Below are positions 24,940-32,000 of a stretch of DNA of 32,000 bases, in pieces (the first letter of the stretch is position 1; every line of letters begins with the position of its first letter). This DNA comes from Candidatus Nanoarchaeia archaeon (GTDB taxonomy: Archaea > Nanobdellota > Nanobdellia > Woesearchaeales > JANQNC01). The translations under genes and the position numbers were made by a program. Where the stretch lies: contig JANQNC010000001.1 of assembly GCA_028279745.1 (NCBI GenBank), forward strand, positions 360,001 through 392,000. Reading direction: 5' to 3'. A model generated the notes under the pieces. The model was not told the origin of the DNA. It saw only the letters and a list, made by a program, of their open reading frames with translations, and ran no database searches.

Positions 24940-25506
24940 ATGAGTAAAACAGAAGAAAATCTAAAAATGGCGTTTGCTGGTGAGAGCCAAGCAAGAAACA
25001 AATACACATATTTTGCAAAAGTAGCAAGAAAAGAAGGCTACCACTACATCGCTAAAATATTCGAAGAGACTGCACTAAACGAGATGCAGCACGCAAAAGA
25101 AGAATTCAAACTGTTAAAAGGGATAGGAGATACAGAAGCAAACCTAAAAGCAGCAATTGAGGGAGAACATTACGAAACAACAGATATGTACCCAACAATG
25201 GCAAAAGATGCAGCAGCAGAAGACAACAAAGAAGCTGAAAACCTATTCAAACAGATAGGAAAAGTTGAGGCAGAACACGAAGCAAGATACAAAAAATTAC
25301 TAGAGATGGTAGAAAAAGGAAACGTCTTTAAACGAGAAAAACCAATCAGATGGAAATGTTCAAAGTGCGGTTACATACATGAAGGTACAGAACCAGTTGA
25401 AAAGTGCCCATCATGCAAACACCCAAGAGAATACTTCGAACCTGAATGTCTGTGTTTTGGAGAAGGGTGCGAGGTATGTAATCCAGCTGGAGCAGATAAA
25501 AAATAA
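24940..25506 (+). CDS. rbr: Rubrerythrin with extra C-terminal Cys4 tail
   Basis: Diiron four-helix motifs AFAGESQARNKY…EETALNEMQHA…GEHYE…EAEHEARY. Rubredoxin domain WKCSKCGYIH…CPSCKHPREYFE. Tail PECLCFGEGCEVCNPAG. GGAGGG lies 9 nt upstream of the ATG. Confidence 0.9.
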   Translation: MSKTEENLKMAFAGESQARNKYTYFAKVARKEGYHYIAKIFEETALNEMQHAKEEFKLLKGIGDTEANLKAAIEGEHYETTDMYPTMAKDAAAEDNKEAENLFKQIGKVEAEHEARYKKLLEMVEKGNVFKREKPIRWKCSKCGYIHEGTEPVEKCPSCKHPREYFEPECLCFGEGCEVCNPAGADKK

Positions 25507-25520
25507 GAGGTAAAACAAAA

Positions 25521-25940
25521 ATGGTTTCAAAAGAGGAACTGATAGAACATCTGAACGATGATCTAAGAAAAGAGTATCAGGCAATGATACAATACATACA
25601 GCATGCAGCAGTAATGAAGGGAGCTCAATATGGAGACATAATAAAGGAACTATTGGTACATGCAACAGAAGAACATAATCATGCAGTGACACTAGCAAAC
25701 CAGATAGATTATCTGGGAGGTGTGCCTGTTGCAAACATGACAGAAGCACAGCTATCAGACAACAACGAAGATATGTTAAGACAGGACTTAGCAGGAGAAG
25801 AAGACGCAGTAGAAAGATACAAAGTAAGAATAAAAGAAGCAGAAGAAATAATGGAACTTGCTGTGGCTGAACATCTAAAACAGATACTAATACAAGAGCA
25901 GGAACATGTTATGGATCTAAAACAAGCTCTTGGCGAATAG
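25521..25940 (+). CDS. Ferritin-like diiron protein (bacterioferritin-like)
   Basis: 139 aa with LNDDLRKEYQAMIQYIQHA…ATEEHNHAVTLANQIDYLGG…LAGEEDAVERY…ILIQEQEHVMDL (ExxH pairs). Confidence 0.75.
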   Translation: MVSKEELIEHLNDDLRKEYQAMIQYIQHAAVMKGAQYGDIIKELLVHATEEHNHAVTLANQIDYLGGVPVANMTEAQLSDNNEDMLRQDLAGEEDAVERYKVRIKEAEEIMELAVAEHLKQILIQEQEHVMDLKQALGE

Positions 25941-25954
25941 GAGGAAGTTCAACA

Positions 25955-25989
25955 GCGGACATGTGCACCTTCGGTGCTTAGTCCACTAG
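25955..25989 (+). other. Intergenic stem-loop motif, copy 2 (GGAC…GCACC-TTC-GGTGC…GTCC + ACTAG)
   Basis: 25957-25960 pairs with 25981-25984, and inner 25965-25969 pairs with 25973-25977. Followed by ACTAGCAAAAAACAAGGAGGA, which includes the SD of the next gene. Confidence 0.4.
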
Positions 25990-26011
25990 CAAAAAACAAG
26001 GAGGAGAAAAA

Positions 26012-26272
26012 ATGGTACAAGTAAAAATTTATTCAACACCAACATGCCCATACTGTAATATGGCAAAAGAATTCTTTAAAGAAAAAGGGATAGAATATGA
26101 GGATATCAATGTAGCAGAAGATCAAGAAGCAGAAAAAGAGATGGTAGAAAGATCAGGACAGATGGGCGTTCCACAAATTCTAATAGGTGAAACCCTAATT
26201 GTAGGTTTTGATAAAGGAGCAATAGAAGCTGCGCTAGCAGGATCTTCAGAAGAGAAAAAAGAGGAAGAATAA
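26012..26272 (+). CDS. Glutaredoxin-like / NrdH-like small thiol-disulfide oxidoreductase
   Basis: 86 aa. VKIYSTPTCPYCNMAKEFFKEKGIEYEDINV (CPYC), a GVPQ cis-Pro motif, and an acidic tail. Confidence 0.85.
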   Translation: MVQVKIYSTPTCPYCNMAKEFFKEKGIEYEDINVAEDQEAEKEMVERSGQMGVPQILIGETLIVGFDKGAIEAALAGSSEEKKEEE

Positions 26273-26274
26273 AA

Positions 26275-27180
26275 ATGTATGATGTAGCAGTTATTGGAGG
26301 AGGACCTGCAGCAGTGACTGCTGCAATATACGCAGTAAGAAAAAATTTAAGCGTGCTTTTAGTGACAAAAGATATAGGCGGGCAGATGGCACTATCTGCA
26401 GACATAGAAAACTGGCCCGGCACAATAAAAGCTACAGGAGTGGAATTAACACAAAAATTCCAAGAACATCTGGATAATTTTGAGATAGATACAAAAACAG
26501 ACCTTGTAGGGGAGATAGTTAAAACTGATGATGGCTTTAAAATAAAATCCCGAGCTAACGAATACAACTCAAAAACAGTAATAATAGCAACAGGAAGAAA
26601 ACCAAGAGAACTTGGTATACCTGGCGAAAAAGAATGTAAAAAGCAAGGAGTAACTTATTGTGCAACCTGTGACGCACCTCTATTTGCTGGAAAAGACGTT
26701 GTAGTTGTAGGCGGCGGCAATTCAGGATTAGATGCTGTACTTCAGTTGATAAGTATTGCAAACAAGATATACCTAGTTGAAGCAACAGATAAACTGATAG
26801 CTGACGAAGTTATGGTAGAGAAAGCAAAAGCATCGGAAAAAGTTGAAATCTTCACAAGTGCCAAACCAAAAAAGATATGTGGAGATGGTAAATTTGTAAC
26901 TTCATTCACAATTGAACACGAGGGCCAAGACAAAGAACTTTCAGTGGGTGGAGTGTTCATAGAGATAGGGTATGTAGCAACAGAAAAACCTGATGTTGAA
27001 GGTTTAGAAAGAAATGAATGGAAAGAAATCGTAGTTAATGAAAAATGTGAAACAAACATCCCTGGATTGTTTGCAGCAGGAGATGTAACTAACGTTCCCG
27101 AAAAACAGATAGTTGTGGCTGCAGGACAAGGATGTATCGCTTCAATACAAGCATTCAAGTATCTTTCTACCACAAAGTAG
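26275..27180 (+). CDS. trxB: Thioredoxin-disulfide reductase (low-Mr TrxR family)
   Basis: FAD motif VIGGGPAAVTAAIYA, redox CATCDAPLF, NAD(P)H motif VVVGGGNSGLDAV, C-terminal GLFAAGDV. 301 aa. Confidence 0.9.
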   Translation: MYDVAVIGGGPAAVTAAIYAVRKNLSVLLVTKDIGGQMALSADIENWPGTIKATGVELTQKFQEHLDNFEIDTKTDLVGEIVKTDDGFKIKSRANEYNSKTVIIATGRKPRELGIPGEKECKKQGVTYCATCDAPLFAGKDVVVVGGGNSGLDAVLQLISIANKIYLVEATDKLIADEVMVEKAKASEKVEIFTSAKPKKICGDGKFVTSFTIEHEGQDKELSVGGVFIEIGYVATEKPDVEGLERNEWKEIVVNEKCETNIPGLFAAGDVTNVPEKQIVVAAGQGCIASIQAFKYLSTTK

Positions 27181-27216
27181 AAAGCTTTTTAATTCTTTAA
27201 TTTTATTTGTTTTAAT

Positions 27217-28020
27217 ATGAAACTGATCGTAACATCATCCAAAAATATTGCATCTAGCAACATGTATGATCTATTTGTGAAAGAGTATGGGTTTGAAGCA
27301 AAAGGAGAATTCGAAGGCAATAAGCTGTACAAGAAAGATGACTTTACACTTATACAAATGAACAAAGAAATTGCAGACCTTGAAGATCTGCCAGATTATT
27401 TTAATCCTGAACTGTATATCATTGCTTCCACCCATAAAGCAGAGAAGGAAGTTAAAAGCTTAACAACTCATACACCAGGGAATTGGGGAGAAGTTGGATT
27501 TTATGGACAGGAAAGAAAAGTATGCTTTTCAGATGGAGTTGCGATGCGACAAGCTCTTGTTTCGTTAAAGAAGAATCAGATAGAAGGATTTGAAGTCACA
27601 TTAGAAGTAACCCATCACGGACCTTCTGAGATGAACGCACCAGTTGTTTTTGTCGAGGTAGGAAGTTCAGAAGAACAATGGAACAATCTAGATGCATGCA
27701 GAGTTGTGTGCGAGGCAATACTATCGATTACCGATACAACTACCACAGAAGAAGTCTATGTTGGATTTGGAGGACCACACTATGCACCAAACTTTACTAA
27801 AGCAGTGTTAGAGAAAAATGTTGTTGTGGGCCACATAATACCAAAACACTATCTTGATTCTGTTACAGAAGAACAAATTATGGAAGCTTTTGAAAAAACA
27901 AAAGGCAATGTGAAAGCTTTGGTTGATTGGAAAGGTACAACCAGTTCTCAAAGACAAAAACTTATTTCTGTATTTGAAAAAAACAATATTGAATTTAAAA
28001 AAATTAAAGAATTGAAATAA
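27217..28020 (+). CDS. dtdA: D-aminoacyl-tRNA deacylase, archaeal DTD2 type
   Basis: 267 aa. Family-typical EVTHHGPS and GGPHYAP motifs and the expected length. Confidence 0.75.
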   Translation: MKLIVTSSKNIASSNMYDLFVKEYGFEAKGEFEGNKLYKKDDFTLIQMNKEIADLEDLPDYFNPELYIIASTHKAEKEVKSLTTHTPGNWGEVGFYGQERKVCFSDGVAMRQALVSLKKNQIEGFEVTLEVTHHGPSEMNAPVVFVEVGSSEEQWNNLDACRVVCEAILSITDTTTTEEVYVGFGGPHYAPNFTKAVLEKNVVVGHIIPKHYLDSVTEEQIMEAFEKTKGNVKALVDWKGTTSSQRQKLISVFEKNNIEFKKIKELK

Positions 28021-28036
28021 AAAGAAAAAAAAGAAT

Positions 28037-28507
28037 TTACTTCTTCTTTAGAGCTAATGCACCAATTGCAACAACTGCAATCAAAACAACAATTGCTGAA
28101 CTATTGACTTCAGGGATTTCTCCGCCTTGAGGTTCAGGGAACCCAGCCATAGTAGTACAATCACAACCATCCTTTGTGTTACAATCGACAGTTAAATCAC
28201 CCAGTCGCCGTAAATCGCATTGACCACCTGTACTGTTGCAGTGTTGACAGTAGTTAACACAACCGCTATCTACGCAAGTATTATCAGTAAAAAACCAACG
28301 ATCATTAGATCCAGAACTTGGGTTACACCCATCATTACTGTTAATATCATTGTAAAAACATACACCTGCTTTATTAGTACTCACATAAGCTACCCCTCTA
28401 TAATCCACGCTGCTGTATGGCGCGCATGCAGGAGCAGCACATTGTGCACTCACAACTCCAACAGCAGTTAAAGCCATCAGAATAAATATCATTAATCTTG
28501 TTTTCAT
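28037..28507 (-). CDS. Secreted Cys-rich (12 Cys) protein with C-terminal EIPEVNSSAIV-TM-KKK module
   Basis: Signal-peptide-like MKTRLMIFILMALTAVGVVSAQC. The mature region is rich in C/N/D/G/S. The C-terminus is GGEIPEVNSSAIVVLIAVVAIGALALKKK*. Confidence 0.7.
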   Translation of the reverse strand: MKTRLMIFILMALTAVGVVSAQCAAPACAPYSSVDYRGVAYVSTNKAGVCFYNDINSNDGCNPSSGSNDRWFFTDNTCVDSGCVNYCQHCNSTGGQCDLRRLGDLTVDCNTKDGCDCTTMAGFPEPQGGEIPEVNSSAIVVLIAVVAIGALALKKK

Positions 28508-28603
28508 CTTTTTATCACCCCACTAGTTGGTTATGGCCGTTATAGAAAAGACCACTTATAAAGTTTTCTGAAAATAAGCCACAAACATTTCAAGGATACA
28601 AAT

Positions 28604-28611
28604 ATTTATAA
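28604..28611 (+). promoter_or_regulatory. TATA-box-like element upstream of the fused membrane/SpeE-like gene
   Basis: ATTTATAA lies about 24-31 nt upstream of ATG 28635 with no SD, so the mRNA is probably leaderless. Confidence 0.3.
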
Positions 28612-28634
28612 GTCAAACAAGTTTAAAACAGGGC

Positions 28635-30074
28635 ATGAAAAGAAATTTGACAATAGGAATTATTGTTTTCTTAGCCGGCGCGGTTCTTATGGCATTAGAA
28701 ATTGCAGGAGGTAGATTATTAACTCCCGATTATGGAGGAAGTGTTTATGTCTGGGGCTCAATAATAGGCATATTTTTGATCGGATTAAGCTCGGGCTATT
28801 TCTTTGGTGGAAAGATTGCAGACAAATACCCTCTCAAACACACATTATCATTACTCATGTTAACAAGTGCCATCTTCACACTAGTAATACCCCTAATACA
28901 CAAACCAGTTGTTAAATTATTCACCATCTTACCCAATAACATCTCACCTTTAGCTTCTTCAATCAGCCTATTCCTAATACCTAGCATATTACTGGGAACT
29001 GTGTCCCCTTTTGCAATCAAACTTTCTGCAAAAAACATAACAGGGATAGGAAATCTTTCAGGAAACCTATATGCACTAGCAACAACAGGAAGCGTAATAG
29101 GCACTTTTCTTACTACTTTTGTTTTAATCTTGATACTGCCTATGAAGGTCTTATTTGTTTCGTTAGGAATCATCCTTTTACTGTGCTCTCTTCTTTTGTC
29201 AAAGCGTGTTTTATTGCCAGCTCTGATAATCTTAATAATCTCAACAACATTCTTTATCCCTTTTGGCGAAAGCTCCACAGGATTAGCCACCGACGAACTC
29301 TTAGATGTTTCAAAAGAATCATTATATGGGCAAGTTAGAGTTGCAGATTCATATAAAGCCAGAGAGCTGTTTATATCTGGCGCGCCGATGGGTTCGATGG
29401 ATAAAGAAGATCCAACATCCACTCTGTCAGGGTGGGAATATATAGACAGCATGGAAAACGCTTTTCTGATAAACCCTGAAATAGATGATGTGCTGATAAT
29501 AGGGCTTGGACCAGGATTGCTTGCTAAGAAGCTGCAACAAAACCATCCTGAAACAAAAGTAGATGGAGTAGACATAAACCCTGTCGTTATAGAATTTGCA
29601 CAAAAGTACTTTAATGTAACCTCCACAGAAAATCTAAAACTGATTGAATCAGACGGCAGAACATTCTTGGAAAATGAGAAGAAATATGACCTGATCACAA
29701 TAGATGCATACCATTTCAAAGAAACTTACAAGATACCTTTTCACCTAGCAACAAAAGAATTCTTTGAATCAGTTCAAAAAAACCTAAAACAAGACGGGAT
29801 CTTTACAGCAATGTACATATCAGAAAGAGACAGTTATGCTGAGAATAACTTTCACAAATCAGAATACAAAACAGTAGACAGCGTATTCAAAAAGATATAC
29901 ATGTTTGATTGTGGACCCACACAAGTACTGTTTGCATCAGATAGCATACTAGACTTGAGTTCAGATGAATTCATTTGTGAATATTATAATATTGATATTG
30001 ATACAAACGATGTACCCCTTTTCACAGATGACTATGCACCTATCAACCTATTTGAGGAAATAGGTGAGAATTAG
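28635..30074 (+). CDS. Fused polytopic-membrane (MFS-like) / spermidine-synthase-like SAM-dependent transferase
   Basis: The N-terminal ~210 aa has about 7 TM segments. The C-terminal domain has the SpeE-like fold motifs VLIIGLGPGLLAKKL, DGVDINPVVIEFAQKYF and DLITIDAY. Confidence 0.8.
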   Translation: MKRNLTIGIIVFLAGAVLMALEIAGGRLLTPDYGGSVYVWGSIIGIFLIGLSSGYFFGGKIADKYPLKHTLSLLMLTSAIFTLVIPLIHKPVVKLFTILPNNISPLASSISLFLIPSILLGTVSPFAIKLSAKNITGIGNLSGNLYALATTGSVIGTFLTTFVLILILPMKVLFVSLGIILLLCSLLLSKRVLLPALIILIISTTFFIPFGESSTGLATDELLDVSKESLYGQVRVADSYKARELFISGAPMGSMDKEDPTSTLSGWEYIDSMENAFLINPEIDDVLIIGLGPGLLAKKLQQNHPETKVDGVDINPVVIEFAQKYFNVTSTENLKLIESDGRTFLENEKKYDLITIDAYHFKETYKIPFHLATKEFFESVQKNLKQDGIFTAMYISERDSYAENNFHKSEYKTVDSVFKKIYMFDCGPTQVLFASDSILDLSSDEFICEYYNIDIDTNDVPLFTDDYAPINLFEEIGEN

Positions 30075-30083
30075 AAAAAAAAT

Positions 30084-30401
30084 TCATTTCTTCTTTACTA
30101 CGAAAAACCCTGCAATTGCAACAACTATGATTATAGCAACAATTGCTGAAGCATTTATCTCGGGGATTTCGCTACTGGGCTCAAGCGGAGGGTCGCAAGG
30201 ACGTTCAGGTATGCAAAAACCATCATCCCAATCACACTGAGTACCTCCAAACTCTGCACCCCAGTGATTAAGACAGGCAGACTGGTCTCCGTTAAAATTC
30301 CGACAGCTTTCATTCATTTCTCCCTCGCACTCTGCTGCACTCCCAATTCCAACAGCAAACAATGCTATCAGCACAAACATAATTATTCTTTTCATTATCA
30401 T
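30084..30401 (-). CDS. Secreted Cys-rich (6 Cys) protein with C-terminal EIPEINASAIV-TM-KKK module
   Basis: Signal-peptide-like MIMKRIIMFVLIALFAVGIGSAAEC. The C-terminus is SSEIPEINASAIVAIIIVVAIAGFFVVKKK*. Paralogous at both termini to 28037-28507. Confidence 0.7.
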   Translation of the reverse strand: MIMKRIIMFVLIALFAVGIGSAAECEGEMNESCRNFNGDQSACLNHWGAEFGGTQCDWDDGFCIPERPCDPPLEPSSEIPEINASAIVAIIIVVAIAGFFVVKKK

Positions 30402-30485
30402 TCACCTCAAACTAATATAATGTTGATTATAGTAAACTTAGTTTAAAAATTTTACCTAAAAAAATTAAAAGGTTTAGAAAAACAA

Positions 30486-31235
30486 CTATTCTTTCTTTTC
30501 TTCAGCAGCACCTTCAGCAGGAGCAGCTCCGCCCGCAGCAGCAGCTTCAGCAATCAACTTTTCAGCAAGCTCAACAGATACTCCTGCTTGTTCCATCTTA
30601 GTTCTGATCTGTGCAGCAGGTTTGCCACCCATCTCAGCCATAATCTGTTTAGCAGTCGCTTCTTCTTCAGCATGTCTCTTAGCGCTTTCTTCAGCTAGTG
30701 CTTTCTTCTCTGTTTCTAGCTCTTTTAATTCTTCAGCTGAAAGTTCTGTCTTTTCTGCTTTAATCTCTGCATCAAAGACTCCCTGATCAATAGCTTGAAT
30801 AGATTCAGTTCCAGGAACTCCTTCAACCATAACACCCATTGAAACACAGGTTCCAACAATCTCTTTAACTCTGTTTTTCATGTTAACGCCTAGAAGGTCT
30901 CCCTCTTTCATCTTAGCAATCTTAATAACCTGCTCGATCCTTAGATCTGCAACTTTATCTTTTAATGGGTTTCCAGCACCTTTTTCGATTCCAGCTTCTT
31001 TCTTGATTAAAGCTGATGCAGGAGGTGTACCTACAGTAACCTCAACTTCTTTTGTGTCAGTATCAACAATAACCTTGATAGGAACTTGCATGCCTTTGAA
31101 AGCTGCAGTCTTCTCATTGATCTTGTTAACTACTTCACCAATATTAACCTTTAAAGGTCCTAGAGCAGGTCCTAATGGCGGTGCAGCTGATGCCTTTCCA
31201 CCTTCAACCATTGCATCTATTGATTCTTTACCCAT
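30486..31235 (-). CDS. rpl11: 50S ribosomal protein L11 (archaeal type) with ~90-aa E/K/A-rich C-terminal extension
   Basis: VEGGKASAAPPLGPALGPLKVNIGEVVNKINEKT…VGTPPASALIKKEAGIEKGAG…IAKMK… matches L11 over the first ~160 aa. The ORF then continues 89 more codons to …AEAAAAGGAAPAEGAAEEKKE*. Confidence 0.9.
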   Translation of the reverse strand: MGKESIDAMVEGGKASAAPPLGPALGPLKVNIGEVVNKINEKTAAFKGMQVPIKVIVDTDTKEVEVTVGTPPASALIKKEAGIEKGAGNPLKDKVADLRIEQVIKIAKMKEGDLLGVNMKNRVKEIVGTCVSMGVMVEGVPGTESIQAIDQGVFDAEIKAEKTELSAEELKELETEKKALAEESAKRHAEEEATAKQIMAEMGGKPAAQIRTKMEQAGVSVELAEKLIAEAAAAGGAAPAEGAAEEKKE

Positions 31236-31260
31236 ATTAGTGTTGAGAATTTGGAGGTGG

Positions 31261-31268
31261 TTTTTAAA
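31261..31268 (-). promoter_or_regulatory. TATA-box-like element for L11 (minus strand TTTAAAAA)
   Basis: Lies about 26-33 nt upstream of the L11 ATG (31235). No SD in between. Confidence 0.3.
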
Positions 31269-31288
31269 TGTTTTGGTATTCGAAAACG

Positions 31289-31296
31289 TTTATAAA
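31289..31296 (+). promoter_or_regulatory. TATA-box-like element for the glycosyltransferase gene
   Basis: TTTATAAA ends 22 nt before ATG 31319. Divergent from the L11 promoter. Confidence 0.3.
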
Positions 31297-31318
31297 CACA
31301 GTTCCATAAGCAGCTAGT

Positions 31319-32000
31319 ATGAACATAGCAATAATACACACACGTTTATTTTGTATAGATGGGGTGAGTCTAGAGGCCTTGAAGTGGATTGAAGCTTATG
31401 AAAGATTAGGACACAAAGTATTCTTAATAGCAGGACATTATGATGAAGAACCCAATTATGCTAACTTAAATGTTCCAGAAATAGATTACTCACATGAAAA
31501 AATAAAAGAAATAAAGGATTTAGCGTTCAAACAAGAGATAAATGATGATGAAAAGAAAGAATTACTTAGTAAAATAAGAAAAATGGCTAACTTTCTAAAG
31601 CCAAAAATAAAAAAGTTCATCGAAGAAAATAAAATTGATGTCTTAAGCGTTGAAAATGCTTTCAGCATCCCAATCAATCTGCCACTGGGAGTTGCATTAA
31701 AAGAAATAGTTGAAGAAACAGGGATAAAAACTATTTGCAGACATCATGATTATGCATGGGAAAGGGTAGCATACACAAGAGTAAATAATGTGCCCGCCAT
31801 AGTAGACGAATACTTTCCTCCAGATTTACCTAACATAAGACACATAAGTATAAACAAATCAGGAAAGAGAGGATTAAAGAGAAAAAGAGGATTAATTTCA
31901 AAAGTGTTCTATAATGCGTTTGATTTTACAAGTGTGAAAGAAGCAAACCCCAATACAAGTAAAGTTAGAAAGTTTTTAGGTGTTGCAGATAACGAATTAT
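31319..32000 (+). CDS. Glycosyltransferase (GT-B fold, GT4-like), N-terminal part; runs off the window
   Basis: Open frame from ATG 31319 to the window end (absent from the track because it has no stop). MNIAIIHTRLFCIDGVSLEALKWIEAYERLGHKVFLIAGHYD… resembles the N-terminal Rossmann half of GT4 enzymes. Confidence 0.55.
   Translation, partial: MNIAIIHTRLFCIDGVSLEALKWIEAYERLGHKVFLIAGHYDEEPNYANLNVPEIDYSHEKIKEIKDLAFKQEINDDEKKELLSKIRKMANFLKPKIKKFIEENKIDVLSVENAFSIPINLPLGVALKEIVEETGIKTICRHHDYAWERVAYTRVNNVPAIVDEYFPPDLPNIRHISINKSGKRGLKRKRGLISKVFYNAFDFTSVKEANPNTSKVRKFLGVADNEL

Noticed and set aside
28796-29719. 307-aa antisense ORF inside the fused membrane/SpeE-like gene
   Set aside because: The sense strand carries clear TM and SAM-transferase motifs. 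The antisense product is S/F/I/K-rich low-complexity with no motif, a typical shadow ORF in AT-rich DNA.
1-32000. CRISPR arrays, rRNA genes, transposases, integrases, inteins
   Set aside because: No regularly spaced 24-40 nt direct repeats, no rRNA-like conserved strings, no DDE/tyrosine-recombinase-like ORFs, and no intein-like insertions in XPD or the ATPase were seen.

Overview
Compact, AT-rich (about one-third G+C by eye) archaeal chromosomal segment. It carries about 45 genes, many with 4-8 nt overlaps. Starts are either Shine-Dalgarno-led or apparently leaderless behind TTTAWAWA-type TATA boxes. The archaeal assignment rests on a 151-aa S15P/S13e, an archaeal-type L11, two intron-containing tRNAs (tRNA-Leu(UAA) with two introns, tRNA-Thr(GGU) with one), NreA, XPD/Rad3 and archaeal DTD2. 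The orphan-rich, biosynthesis-poor content suggests a DPANN-type (Woese-/Pacearchaeota-like) genome, but that is inference. In order, the window holds: a ThyA-like gene plus a 552-aa orphan; a tandem nucleotidyltransferase; an HExxH protein plus a Na+/Ca2+ exchanger; a CBS protein; a tandem paralogue pair; the two tRNAs; YdeI-like, NAD-epimerase and a complete bacterial-type sigma-70 family gene; S15; a histidine phosphatase plus wHTH; XPD; an RHH plus a membrane-anchored orphan; a ~760-bp ORF-poor, oddly composed spacer; an HD hydrolase; NreA; a 553-aa protein made of five exact-period 294-nt repeats; and a P-type ATPase. Next comes a 3.6-kb oxygen-detox/thiol-redox island: desulfoferrodoxin, a 2-His membrane peptide, a 47-aa rubredoxin-like ORF absent from the ORF track, two FTR-catalytic-subunit paralogues, rubrerythrin, a bacterioferritin-like protein, a glutaredoxin-like protein and thioredoxin reductase. 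The window ends with DTD2, two Cys-rich secreted paralogues sharing a C-terminal sorting-signal-like module around a fused membrane/spermidine-synthase-like gene, an L11 with a ~90-aa stalk-hinge-like tail, and the start of a glycosyltransferase. The best candidates for something new are the sigma-70 homologue in an archaeal context, the CTERM-like module/SpeE-like trio, the 5x98-aa repeat protein and the L11 tail. I saw no CRISPR array, rRNA, transposase or integrase.
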